Notes: generated from the letters alone by a model not told the origin. Counted from the first letter of the stretch, positions 46,389-57,064 are shown. The stretch is 64,000 bases of DNA from Planctomycetota bacterium (GCA_044222185.1 JBGANV010000001.1:32001-96000); one strand, 5' to 3'. Program-made: numbers and translations.

Positions 46389-49300
46389 TCAAAGCGAGCG
46401 CGGCGACGCGGCCCATCCCAGGCGGAATCCGCTGGCGCTCGTCGGGTCGACGTAGATCACCTGCAGGGTTCGCGAGATCCCCAGCGGCGGGTTCGGGCTC
46501 GTGAGCCCGGGGAGGGTGAAGCCGGCGCCACTCGGACCCGAGGTCGGTTGCAGGACGGCGAAAGCCGCGGCGGGCTGGAACAGCCCCATCCCATCGATCG
46601 GGCAGATCAGCTCGGCGGTTCCGACCGCCAGCACGAGGTCGGCGGCGGCGTTCGGGAATCCGGTGACGACGGGCGCGGTGCTCGCGTCGATGAGGAGCGA
46701 GAAGGGCGCTCCGACGACCCCGCCCTCGATGACCAGGTCGAACGGCGTCCCCGGAGCCAAGGGGCTGGACGACGGGTGGGTCACGATCGTGCCCGCGTTG
46801 TTGCCGCCTCCGACGACGAGGGCCATGGAATTGGAGATCGCCTGCGGCCCTTTCTCGATCGTGATGGCGATCCCGCCAGGCAGTGTCGCTTGCGCGAGTG
46901 CCGGCCCGATCGGCACGGAGACGTTGGCCGCGCCGGATGTCGTCGCGACGGCCGTACCGTTTGCGAACACGGTGGCCCCTGCCGCCACGTGCTGTGTCGC
47001 CACCGACACAGTGACGGGGGAGGAACCGGTCCCGAGCACGGGGATCGACGGCGGCGTGATGCCGGTGATGACCGGGGCATGAATCACGAGCGTCTCCGGG
47101 GCGGTTTCGCCGCCACCGGGGGCCGGATTGAAGAGGGTGATCTGGATCACTGCGGGCGCATCGATGAGCGTCGCTGGCGCCGTGGCCGTCACGTGGGGGA
47201 AGAGGAGGGCGGTGTAGGTGGTCGGGAGGCCGACGCCGTTCCACCGGAGAACGGTCTGCGCGCTCAGATTGGAGCCGTAGGCGGTCAGCGTCGTTGCGCC
47301 CGCTCCGGCGTTCAGGCTCGCGGGATTCACCGACGAGATCGATGGCGCGGGGTTGTTCACGGTGAACGTCACTGCATTCGACGTGCCTCCACCTGGCAGC
47401 GGGTTGTCGACCGTGATCGGTACCGATGCGGCCGTCTGGACCAGCGAGGCGTCGATCGTCGCGCGCAGCTGTGTGGCGCTGATGAACGTCGTCGGGCGGT
47501 TGGCGCCGTTCCAACGAACGACGCTCTGTGCGAGGAACCCGGTACCGGCCACGTTCAGGTTGAAGCTGCCGAAGACGGAGCCCGCGAGCTTCGATGTGGG
47601 ACTCAGCGACGTGACGATGGGTACCGGGTTCTCGATGGTGAAGGTCCGAGCGGCCGACGTACCGCCACCCGGTGCGGGCGTCTGGACCGTGACGGAAGCC
47701 GTGCCTGCGGTCGCGATCAGGGACGCGGCGACGCTCGCCGAAAGCTGGGTCGCACTCACGTAGGTGGTCGTGAGGCTCGACCCGTTCCAGCGGATCACGC
47801 TCGCCGTCGTGAACGACGTTCCCGTGGCCGTGAGCGTGAACGCGCTGCCTCCGAACAGGGCCGAGTCCGGGGTGATGCTCGTGAGGACGGGGGCCGGGAG
47901 GATCGTCGAGAAGGTCACGGCATTCGACGTTCCGCCGCCCGGCGCGGGATTGAAGACCGTCACCGAAGCCGTCCCCGGCGCTGCGATCAGGCCGGCGCCG
48001 ACGGTCGCCAGAAGCTGCGTGCCCGCATACGTCGTCGGGAGGGCCGTGCCGTTCCAACGCACGACGCTCTGCGGGGTGTAGACCTGGGCCGCCGTGTAGG
48101 TGACGGTGAGGGTGAACGAGGCGCTTCCCGCGAACTTGGAGGACGGCGAGATCGACGCGATCACCGGAACCGGGTTGACGATCCCCACGGAAACCGTGCC
48201 CGTCGTCCCGCCACCGGGCGTCGGGTTGAACACCGTGACGAACGCGTTGCCGGCGGTCGCGACGAGCGTGGACGGGACCGCGGCTGTCAACGCGGTCGAG
48301 GACGAGAACGTCGTCGTGAGCGCGTTGCCGTTCCAACGGACCACGCTCTGCGTCGTGAAGTTCGTGCCGGAGACGGTGATCGTGGCGCCCGCGCTCCCCG
48401 CGGCCACGGTCGACGGATTGACGGTCGTGATCGTGGGCACGGGGTTGCGGATCTCGAAGGTGACCGGGGCGCTGGGACCAGAGCACGGATAGGGGTTGTC
48501 GATGCGTACCGTTGCATACCCGGCCGTCGTGAGGAGAGATGGGGGGATCACCGCAGTCTGGATGACGCGGTTCATGTACGTCGTCGTCACCGGCGTTCCG
48601 TTCCACGTGAGCCGGGAAGCGGCGACGCCGAGCCCGTCTGTCGTTCCCCGATGGACTCGCGCGCAGTTTGCGAAGAGCGTGAACGACGCCGATCCTGCCA
48701 CGACGAACGTCGGCGCGATGCCGGCGAGGATCGGCGCGGGCGCCACTCCGTACCGCGTGGCCATGCCGAGGGAGTCACGCACGCTCATGTGGGCACGCTG
48801 GCCCATGGTGCTCTGGAAACCCGTGTATCCCGGTTTGCAGACGATCGTCGGCAGTCCGTTCGACGAAAAAGCGAATTGGTCGTAGTGCATCAGCGAATCG
48901 AAGTCGTACGGACCATACAGCGTCCCACCGGGGATCAGAGTGAAGTTCCCGGCGTTCGGCGCGAGGATGTTCGCCGACTGGATGGTGACGTAGGTGTCGC
49001 GGTCCGATCGCTGCTGCTCGTGGAAACACCCGAGGGCGTGTGCGATCTCGTGGCACACGATGAACCGGTAGTTCCAGTTGAGGATCGTGATGTTCTGCAT
49101 CCCCCCGACCATGCCGACGAACGAGGTGTTCGCCGTTCCGTTGACGAAGTTGATCCAGTTCGGCTGCGTCGTCCTCGGCGTGAACGTGACGTTCGCCGAG
49201 GCCGCCCATTCGTCCATGGCGTCGATGGCGACGTCGGCGTCCGTCGGCGCAACGCCCGAGTCGAACGTGTAGTAGACGACGCCACCCGGCCACGGCGTGC

Positions 49301-49457
49301 CGGAGAATCCCGAATCGAGGGCGAACGCGCCCTCCGGGACGATCATGTCGTCGACGAGGACGTAGCCCTCGGGAACGACGGGGGGTTGTTGCGCGGGGGC
49401 AAGACCAGACAGGGTCAGGCAAAGGACCGTCGTCAGGAGCGGATCCAGGCGTTTCAT
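46389..49457 (-). CDS. Secreted astacin-family (M12A) metallopeptidase with 6-7 IPT/TIG-like repeats and C-terminal tail domain
   Basis: Signal ..LAPA/Q; WPGG.VYY; HEIAHALGCFHEQQRSDRD; YDF.SLMHY Met-turn; repeated RWNG..T.Y and NP.PGGG.S. Confidence 0.9.
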   Translation of the reverse strand: MKRLDPLLTTVLCLTLSGLAPAQQPPVVPEGYVLVDDMIVPEGAFALDSGFSGTPWPGGVVYYTFDSGVAPTDADVAIDAMDEWAASANVTFTPRTTQPNWINFVNGTANTSFVGMVGGMQNITILNWNYRFIVCHEIAHALGCFHEQQRSDRDTYVTIQSANILAPNAGNFTLIPGGTLYGPYDFDSLMHYDQFAFSSNGLPTIVCKPGYTGFQSTMGQRAHMSVRDSLGMATRYGVAPAPILAGIAPTFVVAGSASFTLFANCARVHRGTTDGLGVAASRLTWNGTPVTTTYMNRVIQTAVIPPSLLTTAGYATVRIDNPYPCSGPSAPVTFEIRNPVPTITTVNPSTVAAGSAGATITVSGTNFTTQSVVRWNGNALTTTFSSSTALTAAVPSTLVATAGNAFVTVFNPTPGGGTTGTVSVGIVNPVPVIASISPSSKFAGSASFTLTVTYTAAQVYTPQSVVRWNGTALPTTYAGTQLLATVGAGLIAAPGTASVTVFNPAPGGGTSNAVTFSTILPAPVLTSITPDSALFGGSAFTLTATGTSFTTASVIRWNGSSLTTTYVSATQLSASVAASLIATAGTASVTVQTPAPGGGTSAARTFTIENPVPIVTSLSPTSKLAGSVFGSFNLNVAGTGFLAQSVVRWNGANRPTTFISATQLRATIDASLVQTAASVPITVDNPLPGGGTSNAVTFTVNNPAPSISSVNPASLNAGAGATTLTAYGSNLSAQTVLRWNGVGLPTTYTALLFPHVTATAPATLIDAPAVIQITLFNPAPGGGETAPETLVIHAPVITGITPPSIPVLGTGSSPVTVSVATQHVAAGATVFANGTAVATTSGAANVSVPIGPALAQATLPGGIAITIEKGPQAISNSMALVVGGGNNAGTIVTHPSSSPLAPGTPFDLVIEGGVVGAPFSLLIDASTAPVVTGFPNAAADLVLAVGTAELICPIDGMGLFQPAAAFAVLQPTSGPSGAGFTLPGLTSPNPPLGISRTLQVIYVDPTSASGFRLGWAASPRSL

Positions 49458-49665
49458 GGCCGTTTTCTCCGGGGGATTCCCAAGCGTCGGGGAGACCGTC
49501 CGGGCCCCCGACCGAAGGTGCAATGACCTGACGGAGGCGAAGATTACACCCGGGCGGAAAAACGGCAGCCGGATCGGGGGGACTGGGTTCGTCACCCCCG
49601 GGCCGGTTCCACACCGCGGGTCGTGCTTGCTCCATCGAGAGGTGGCGGTCTACGATCCGCACTCC

Positions 49666-51207
49666 ATGCGCCGCTCAGCACTTCGGGTTCGGATCCTCGT
49701 CGCCATCGTCTCGGTGATGCTCTTTCCGGGCCTGCTCTTCGCATTCTCCGTGCTCGGGGGCAGCCTCGGCATCTCCACCGCGGGCCTCGGCTATCAACGC
49801 GACGTGCGCGTGCTCGACAACTCCGCGGATCCTTCCGCTCACGCCAACGTGACGCCGAACGCGTCGTTCCCCGGCGCCGTCGGCGCGAGGCTGTCGGTGT
49901 GGAAGGGCGCGCACGCGTGGGCGTCGGACAACGCGCTGGCCGCGCGGAACTTCGACTACGACTGGCAGGGTGCGGCCACCTCGAACCCGGCGGAGGGGAA
50001 CGTCGTCGGGTGGGATACGAACGGATGCAGCGGCGGCACGCTCGCCTACACCGAGACGCCGATCTCCGACGGATGGCGGATCGTGATGTGCGACAACTGG
50101 ACGTGGTCCGACTCGGCGAGCGCGCCCGGCGGCGGGCAGTTCGACATCCAGGGGATCGTCACCCACGAACTTGGACACGCGCTGGGTTTGGGACACAGCT
50201 CGGTGAACTGCGGGAGCTGCGGCAACTCGGCGTCCATGTGCGCATTCATCTGTTCGAACGGCGTCGCCGAGCGGACGATCGAGGCCGACGATCAGGCGGG
50301 CCTCCAGTCGATCTATGGGACGATCCCCTCCAACAAGCCGTTGATCACGGCGCTTGCCGGCTCGTTCACGACCGGGACGCTTCTCACGATCACGGGACAG
50401 AACTTCGCTCCGACCGTCAACGTGAAATTCACGGCGAATGGCGGAAACGACCTCGCGCCGATCCCGGGGACGGTCACGAACGTCGCCTCGACGGGCGGCG
50501 GAACCCAGATCGTCGTCCCGATCCCGTACACGGCTTTCAGCGGCAACGTCCTCGTCTGGGAGCCAGCCGCGGGCCTGCTCTCCAACGCATTTCCGATCGA
50601 CGTGACGTTCGTGCCGCAGCCGCCTCCCGTGATCGCGACAGTTGCGCCCGCGACCGTGTCCGCATTCCTGCCCGGGACGATCACGCTGACGGGGAGCGGA
50701 TTCGTCGGGACGACGCAGGTCCTCGTGGGGGGGATTGCCGTCTCGGGACCGCTGGCGTTCTCGATCGTGAACGACACCACGCTCACCTTCGCGGCGCCCC
50801 CGGCACCCGCGCTGGGACCGATCTCGGTCACGCTCGCGTCGACGCACGGGGCGAGCAATGCTGTCTCGCTCACCTACGTGCAGACGTCGCCGCCGGCCAT
50901 CACGGCGCAGAGCGTTGCGTTCGGCAACGTGACTTTCTCAGCGTCGTTTGGCGGCGGCGCGAACGACTCCTGGATCCTCGTGGCGGCGACGTCCGCCGTC
51001 ACGGTGCCGTTCCTCGGATTCACCGTGCTCCAGGCGCCAGTGCCGATCGCGAGCGGCCAGTTCGGCCCGACGGGACTGGCGTCGCAAAGCGTCGTGATGC
51101 CGACGGGACTCGCGGGCCTCGTCTTCCACCTCCAACTCGGGACCATCGACGACGTCTCGGGCACCTTTGCCGCGAGCAACCTCACGACCACGACGGTCCT
51201 GCTGTGA
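49666..51207 (+). CDS. Secreted matrixin-like (M10) metallopeptidase with IPT domains and C-terminal tail domain
   Basis: Signal peptide; LAY motif; FDIQGIVTHELGHALGLGHS; SM Met-turn; DDQAGLQSIYG; two IPT-like domains. Confidence 0.88.
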   Translation: MRRSALRVRILVAIVSVMLFPGLLFAFSVLGGSLGISTAGLGYQRDVRVLDNSADPSAHANVTPNASFPGAVGARLSVWKGAHAWASDNALAARNFDYDWQGAATSNPAEGNVVGWDTNGCSGGTLAYTETPISDGWRIVMCDNWTWSDSASAPGGGQFDIQGIVTHELGHALGLGHSSVNCGSCGNSASMCAFICSNGVAERTIEADDQAGLQSIYGTIPSNKPLITALAGSFTTGTLLTITGQNFAPTVNVKFTANGGNDLAPIPGTVTNVASTGGGTQIVVPIPYTAFSGNVLVWEPAAGLLSNAFPIDVTFVPQPPPVIATVAPATVSAFLPGTITLTGSGFVGTTQVLVGGIAVSGPLAFSIVNDTTLTFAAPPAPALGPISVTLASTHGASNAVSLTYVQTSPPAITAQSVAFGNVTFSASFGGGANDSWILVAATSAVTVPFLGFTVLQAPVPIASGQFGPTGLASQSVVMPTGLAGLVFHLQLGTIDDVSGTFAASNLTTTTVLL

Positions 51208-51222
51208 CTCGCGTCTGGACGA

Positions 51223-53310
51223 TCACCAGACGACGGCACGATCGGGATCGGGAAGCAGGATCGCCGCTGCATTCGGACAGCCGAACGCGTTCGTGAACTC
51301 GGGAGTGTTGGCCAGCGGTCCGATCGCGCGGAAACGCGCCGGGGAGTGCGGGTCGGTGTTGACCAGGAGGCGTAGCGCTTCGGGGCGCGTGTTGTTCCGC
51401 CAGTTGCGCGCCCACGCGATGAAGAACCGCTGCTCGGGCGTGAAGCCGTCGATCGGCCCTTGGGGTCTTGCGGCCAGCGCTCGCTGCAGCGCGTGGAACG
51501 CGATGGTCACTCCGCCCAGGTCGGCCAGGTTCTCGCCGAGCGTCAGCTTGCCGTTCACGTGGAGATCGTCGACCGCCACGTAGCCGTCGAACTGCTTGAC
51601 GACGAGTGCCGTGCGCCGAGTGAACTCCTCGCGGTCCTCCTTCGTCCACCACTCCTTCAGGTTGCCCTCCGCGTCGAACTTGCTTCCCGAGTCGTCGAAG
51701 CCGTGAGTGAGCTCGTGGCCGATCACCGCGCCGATCCCGCCGTAGTTGAGCGCGTCGTCCTGGTGCTCGTCGAAGTACGGCGCCTGGAGGATGCCGGCGG
51801 GGAAGGTGATCTCGTTCATCGGCGGGTTGTAGCTGGCGTTCACCGTCGGCGGCGACATGCCCCATTCGGTGCGATCGACGGGCTTGCCGAGCCGCGAGAC
51901 CATGTAGCGAGAGCGCCAGCTGCGCGCCGCGATCACGTTGGCCGCGTACGTGGCGCGATCGATCGACATCGCGGAGTAGTCCTTCGGGTGATCGGTGTAC
52001 CCGATCTTCTCGACGATGGCGTCGAGCTTGCGGATCGCCTGCGCGCGCGTGGCCTCGCTCATCCAGTCCCGCGTCATCAGGCGCTCGCGGAATGCCGCCC
52101 GCAGGTTCGACACCATCTCCGCGGCTCGACGCTTGGCTTCGGGGCTGAACCGGCGCTTGGCGAACTCCATTCCGAGCGCATCGGCGAGCCCCTGGTCCAC
52201 CACCTGGACGACGCGCTTCCAGCGGGGTTGTTCTTCCTTCACTCCCGCGAGGACACCGCTGTTGAAGCGGAACGCCTCTTCAGCGAACGGCCGGGCCAGG
52301 GTGTTGGCCGTCGCCCGCACGACGTTCCAGCGAAGGTACGCCTTCCAGTCGTCGAGCGAGCGTTCGCCGATCAGCGAGTCCACGCGTTTCATGAAGGAAG
52401 GTTGCCCCACGTTCACGTGGTCCCGGATCGGCGGGCATCCGAGTCGTTCGAAGAACTGCGCCCACGCGACCGACGGGCAGAGCTTCTCGAGACCCGCCAG
52501 CTCCATCGGGTTGTACGTGCTGCGCGGATCGCGGCGCTGGACGTTCGTCATCGACGCCTCCGCGAGCACGGTCTCGATGGCCATCACCGTCGCTGCGTCG
52601 CGGGCCGCCGATGCGGGATCCTCGCCGAGGAGCGAGAACATCCGTTGCGCGTGGTCGACGTACTGGGTCCGGATCTCCGCGGACTTGGCATCGGTGCGCG
52701 TGTAGTAATCGCGGTCGGGGAGACCCAGTCCGCCCTGTCCGACGTTCACGATGTAGCGGGTGGCGTCGCCCTGATCCTGACGGACCATGAAGCCGAAGAG
52801 GGGATTCACGCCCTGGGAGTGGAGGGCGGCGACCGTGGTCGTCAAAGCATCCTTCGACGCCATGTCGCGCACGATCGCGAGCAGCGGCTCGATGGGCTTC
52901 GCTCCGAGCGCATCGATCGTCGCCTCGTCCATCCCTGATGCATAGAAGTCGCCGAGCTTTCGGCGCTCGCTCCCGGCCGGGGCCGAGGCGTCCTGGCTCG
53001 CGGCCTCGAGGATGTCGCGCAGGACGAGCTGGTTCTTCCGCTCCAGCTCGTTGAACGTGCTCCAGCGGCGCTCGCTGGCCGGTACGGGATTGGCTGCGAC
53101 CCAACCGCCGTTCACGAAACGGTAGAAGTCGTCGCACGGTGCGACCGTGCGATCGAAGTCGGCAGGGTTCAGGCCTGGAGACGCGGCGGCCGGGCCCTCG
53201 CTCGCCGTCGACGTCGCGGATGCGACCGCGGACGATTCCTCGTTCGAATGGCATCCGCCTCCGACGGCTGACGCGACGATCACCGCGACGACGACTGGCA
53301 GACTTCGCAT
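51223..53310 (-). CDS. M13 (neprilysin/PepO) metallopeptidase, probable lipoprotein
   Basis: PCDDFY.FVNGGW, VNASY, GHELTHGFDD, GENLAD, DPHSP; GGGC lipobox-like. Confidence 0.95.
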   Translation of the reverse strand: MRSLPVVVAVIVASAVGGGCHSNEESSAVASATSTASEGPAAASPGLNPADFDRTVAPCDDFYRFVNGGWVAANPVPASERRWSTFNELERKNQLVLRDILEAASQDASAPAGSERRKLGDFYASGMDEATIDALGAKPIEPLLAIVRDMASKDALTTTVAALHSQGVNPLFGFMVRQDQGDATRYIVNVGQGGLGLPDRDYYTRTDAKSAEIRTQYVDHAQRMFSLLGEDPASAARDAATVMAIETVLAEASMTNVQRRDPRSTYNPMELAGLEKLCPSVAWAQFFERLGCPPIRDHVNVGQPSFMKRVDSLIGERSLDDWKAYLRWNVVRATANTLARPFAEEAFRFNSGVLAGVKEEQPRWKRVVQVVDQGLADALGMEFAKRRFSPEAKRRAAEMVSNLRAAFRERLMTRDWMSEATRAQAIRKLDAIVEKIGYTDHPKDYSAMSIDRATYAANVIAARSWRSRYMVSRLGKPVDRTEWGMSPPTVNASYNPPMNEITFPAGILQAPYFDEHQDDALNYGGIGAVIGHELTHGFDDSGSKFDAEGNLKEWWTKEDREEFTRRTALVVKQFDGYVAVDDLHVNGKLTLGENLADLGGVTIAFHALQRALAARPQGPIDGFTPEQRFFIAWARNWRNNTRPEALRLLVNTDPHSPARFRAIGPLANTPEFTNAFGCPNAAAILLPDPDRAVVW

Positions 53311-53414
53311 GGTTCACTCCAAGGCCGTATCCGGACGGCCGGGCGGGAGTCTACCGGATGGCGGGCGGTCGCACGGCGCGCTCGGCGCTATGCTCGCGCG
53401 TGAGTGGAACACGA

Positions 53415-55724
53415 ATGAAGTGGAATCGTTGGAGAGCGCTCGCCGCGGGTGTGGCCGCGGGCGGGCTGTTCGTGTTCCTCGACGCCCAGTTCCTGACGCT
53501 CGAAGCGGCACTTGGCGGCTCGGGGCACGCATGGCGGGTCGCGCCGGTCGCGCTCTGGGCCATCGTTCTTCTCTCGGCCGCGGCGCTCCCCGTCTGCGAT
53601 CCCCAGACACACCTCTCCAAACGTGCCTGGGTCGCCGCTTCGGTCGCCGCAGCCGCGCCGGCGATCGTGGTCGCGTGTGGATGGCGATTCGCGGTCGTGC
53701 TCGCCCCCGTCGCCGCCGGAGGCTTGGCCGTGCTTCTTTGTCGTACGTGGCTCTGCGCGCCAGGAGCGTGGCTGCTGGGCGCGGCGATCGGCGTCTGCGC
53801 CACGTGGTGGGGGAGCCTGCGCGCGTTCGGCTGGGCCGTGCCACAGATTGCGGGGGTTGCGCTGCTTGCTCTCGCAGCCGTGCGCAGGCCCGTGCGCGCT
53901 TTCGGCGGCGCGGGACGCGCACGTGGCGTCGTCGTCGGGGGCATGATCGGGTTCGTCTTCGGCGCCCTCATCACGGTTGTGCGACCGTTCGTCTTGCAAC
54001 ACGCCGGACCTGGCGAAGACCCTGCCTGGCTCGCGGCGGCGACTCTCGCCAGCGGCGCGGCCGCCGGACTGGGGCTCGCGCGCGCGCTGCACTGGAGACC
54101 CAGGGCCCTGGTTGCGTTGGCGACCGTGATGACGGCGATCGGCGCGGCCACGGCCGGCGCCCTCGTCGTTCGGTGGAGATTCGGACTCGACCTGCCGTCA
54201 GGGGTCCTTGCATCGTTTGCGCGGTGGCCATGGGGACGGGGGCTTCTGGTCGTGTGGACGGGGCTGGGCATTCTGGCCGTTGCGTTCGGCTTCGGGCTCT
54301 CCGTGGTTCAGCGACGTCGGTCAATCCCCGCCGCCCTCGCCGTGGGCCTCGCGCTCGGCATCGTCTGGGTCGACGCCGCTTTTCGCTCGGCCCCTGCCAC
54401 GGAACTCGCACGGAAATTCGTCGTTCATCCGGCGATCCAGCCCGTGACGGAAGCGGAGGTTTCGCTCGGAGGGATTCGGGGGCGATACGCGGCGCGCGTC
54501 GGCACGGGGGTCGAGCCGGCGGACTACTGGCAGGGGTATCGGGTCAGCGCCGAGCGGAGTTGGGCTCGGCTGAAGGAGGCCGAGCGATACCTGGGAGATG
54601 GCGAGTCGGAGCCCGACGTCGCGCCGTCGACAATGCTCCTGACCCCGGGCGACGGGTTCCGGTGGACGTGCGAGCACGTCGCGGCGTTGGTCGCCGCGAA
54701 GGCACGCGGCGAATCACACGTTGCCTGCTTCGACCTCCGGGGGTTGACCGGGGACTCCCTGCGCGCCCTTCTCGCCGCGTGGCGCAAAGCCGCGCCGACC
54801 GGCGCGGTCGCGGTTCTCGCGGATGGGTACTCGGGCCCGCTCGTGATCCTCTCGACGACGTCCGTGACGGCTTCCGACGCCAGGATTTCGCCGTTTCTGA
54901 TCGTCGGCGGCGTCATCTCCGACCTCTTGCGGGACGATCTGGGCCGCGCGGCCTCGGTGAACTGGCCTCGACTCGCGTGGGGCGGCCCGGTCGATTCACC
55001 GGCGTCTCCGCACCCCAACGGTGCGGTCATGCATGCGTTCTTTGATGCACTGCGGCTGGCGACCGACTCGCCCGAGTACGCCGTGATCCGCGGCCTCGCG
55101 ATCCACGCCGATGCCCAGGCCGAGCGTGCCTACGTCGTGTCGACCTGGGACCACGTCACCATGCCACCCGAAGAGACCCGGGTTTACATGGAGGCGTTCC
55201 GGCGGCACCCGAACAGCGACGTCATCCTTCGCCACCTTGGCGCAGCCTGCGACGTGCTCCTCGCCAAGCGGGAGTACGCGGTGCTCGTCCCCATGCTCGA
55301 GGAGGTCGTGGCGTGGCGACCCGGCGACGCGACGTTCCATTGGATCCTTGGCCGCGCCTACCACGGCCTCCTCGATCGGCAGAACGCCATCGACGAACTG
55401 GAGGCGGCGTGGAAGGCGAGGCCCGATCTGCCTCAAATCGCCGAGGAATTGAGCCGGGTCCATGCCGAGGGCAAGGACTGGGAGAAGGCCGCCTCCGTCC
55501 TCGAGGATGCGTGGACCCGCCACCGCGGCGTCACCCTGGCGAAGGGATTGGGGCTGGCCTGCGTCGAACTCGGCCGCCTCGATCGGGCGGAGGAGATGCT
55601 GATGATCGTCGCCGCCGAGACCCGCGACGATCAGGACGTGGCGCGCGGACTGCGAGCGATCGCAGAGAGGCGTGCCGCCTCGCGCCCCGTCGAGCCGGAG
55701 ACCCGAGGGGGTAGACCTCGGTGA
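53415..55724 (+). CDS. Polytopic membrane protein with degenerate spermidine-synthase-like region and C-terminal TPRs
   Basis: ~12 TM helices, soluble middle region, TPR-like tail (LGRAYHGL..AIDEL, LGLACVELGRLDRAEEML). Confidence 0.6.
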   Translation: MKWNRWRALAAGVAAGGLFVFLDAQFLTLEAALGGSGHAWRVAPVALWAIVLLSAAALPVCDPQTHLSKRAWVAASVAAAAPAIVVACGWRFAVVLAPVAAGGLAVLLCRTWLCAPGAWLLGAAIGVCATWWGSLRAFGWAVPQIAGVALLALAAVRRPVRAFGGAGRARGVVVGGMIGFVFGALITVVRPFVLQHAGPGEDPAWLAAATLASGAAAGLGLARALHWRPRALVALATVMTAIGAATAGALVVRWRFGLDLPSGVLASFARWPWGRGLLVVWTGLGILAVAFGFGLSVVQRRRSIPAALAVGLALGIVWVDAAFRSAPATELARKFVVHPAIQPVTEAEVSLGGIRGRYAARVGTGVEPADYWQGYRVSAERSWARLKEAERYLGDGESEPDVAPSTMLLTPGDGFRWTCEHVAALVAAKARGESHVACFDLRGLTGDSLRALLAAWRKAAPTGAVAVLADGYSGPLVILSTTSVTASDARISPFLIVGGVISDLLRDDLGRAASVNWPRLAWGGPVDSPASPHPNGAVMHAFFDALRLATDSPEYAVIRGLAIHADAQAERAYVVSTWDHVTMPPEETRVYMEAFRRHPNSDVILRHLGAACDVLLAKREYAVLVPMLEEVVAWRPGDATFHWILGRAYHGLLDRQNAIDELEAAWKARPDLPQIAEELSRVHAEGKDWEKAASVLEDAWTRHRGVTLAKGLGLACVELGRLDRAEEMLMIVAAETRDDQDVARGLRAIAERRAASRPVEPETRGGRPR

Positions 55725-55802
55725 GGGATGCGGCCACAATGTGGGCCGCACCGGGTGGTTGGGGCCAACCGGATCGCGCGGGAACGCAGCAGGAGGACCG
55801 GT

Positions 55803-56840
55803 TTGGGGACCCAGGCTGACCGTCTACAGCAGTTGCGTGTGCGCCTGCCGCGACGCCGCGGCGGAGCGCTCTGGATCAAGCCGCTCGTCATCGTTCTGAT
55901 CGTGTTCGGGGCGCTGTACTGGTTCGGCGTCTGGCCGTTCTCGAGCTCCGCGGAGGGCACCAAGCCCGAATCCGAGGGCGTGGCGCCGACGCCCGCGCCC
56001 GTCGTCGTTCCGCGTGAGGCTCCGCCGACGTCGATCGGCGAGAAGCCGCCTGCGTCCGAGCCCGCGCGGCAGAAGCCGCCGCCCACGGCCGCGGAGGTGA
56101 AATCTGCCTCCGACCGAGCGCAGGAGGAGATTGCGGTCGCGAAGAACGGCGACGCGGACGCACTGCGACGCGCGGTGGGGAAGTGGGTCCTCGACGAGCG
56201 GATTCCTCAGCCGACCCGGGATGATCTACTCAAACAGGCGCGCGATCTCTCGAAGCGCGTGGTGTTCTCCGCCTCGCCGATGCAACACACGACCACGGTC
56301 GTCGTGCAGCCGAACGACACGCTCTCCGACATCTGCGGCAGGCTTCGCTCGAGCCAGAAGATCGCGATCATGCCGGCGTTCATCGAGATGGTGAACGACG
56401 TCAAGTCGACGAGGCTTCGTCAGAAGATGCCCCTGAAGATCCCCACGGAGCCGCTCTCGATCCTGGTGGACAAGGGCGAGTACCGCCTCTACCTGCTCCT
56501 CGGCGGGGTGTACCTGAAGGACTACCCGGTCGGAATCGGCAAGGATCAGCGAACACCCGAGGGCCGTTTCACGATCCACTCGAAGACCAAGAATCCGCAG
56601 TGGACCGACCCGGAGACCGGGCGGGTGTATGCCTTCGGCGAGCCCGGGCACGTCATCGGGTCCCGTTGGATGGCATTCGCGAGCGAGGGCGCCCGGACCG
56701 GGTTCGGCATCCATGGCACCGTCGACCCGGCCTCCGTCGGGCGATCCGAATCGGCGGGGTGCGTGCGCATGCTGAAGGCCGACGTCGAGGAGTTGTTCGA
56801 CCTCGTGCCTCAGGGCGCCGAGGTGAACGTCAGACCGTGA
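55803..56840 (+). CDS. L,D-transpeptidase (YkuD family) with LysM domain and N-terminal membrane anchor
   Basis: AGGAGG RBS then TTG 55803; VQPNDTLSDI (LysM); YPVGIG, TPEGRF, GIHGT...GRSESAGCVRM. Confidence 0.9.
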   Translation: MGTQADRLQQLRVRLPRRRGGALWIKPLVIVLIVFGALYWFGVWPFSSSAEGTKPESEGVAPTPAPVVVPREAPPTSIGEKPPASEPARQKPPPTAAEVKSASDRAQEEIAVAKNGDADALRRAVGKWVLDERIPQPTRDDLLKQARDLSKRVVFSASPMQHTTTVVVQPNDTLSDICGRLRSSQKIAIMPAFIEMVNDVKSTRLRQKMPLKIPTEPLSILVDKGEYRLYLLLGGVYLKDYPVGIGKDQRTPEGRFTIHSKTKNPQWTDPETGRVYAFGEPGHVIGSRWMAFASEGARTGFGIHGTVDPASVGRSESAGCVRMLKADVEELFDLVPQGAEVNVRP

Positions 56841-56885
56841 GGGGAAAACTCTCCCCGAAGGTGTGGGGTCGATCTGGAAGCCGCG

Positions 56886-56891
56886 TATAAT
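56886..56891 (+). promoter_or_regulatory. Possible -10 box for the nuo operon
   Basis: Perfect TATAAT in a GC-rich intergenic region; no clear -35. Confidence 0.4.
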
Positions 56892-57064
56892 CCGCGCGCT
56901 ATCGTGGCTGGCAGTATGCCTGTGCCGTCGCATCTGCTTCTGCCCGAGAGACTTGCGCGAGTCCTGAACGGCTTCGAGACGGCACCCGATGGAATCCTTG
57001 CGGAGCGTGGTCCCCGCCGCCGTCCGTCCACGGCGCAGCCGGATCGTTCCGCGCGAGCGCCAGC

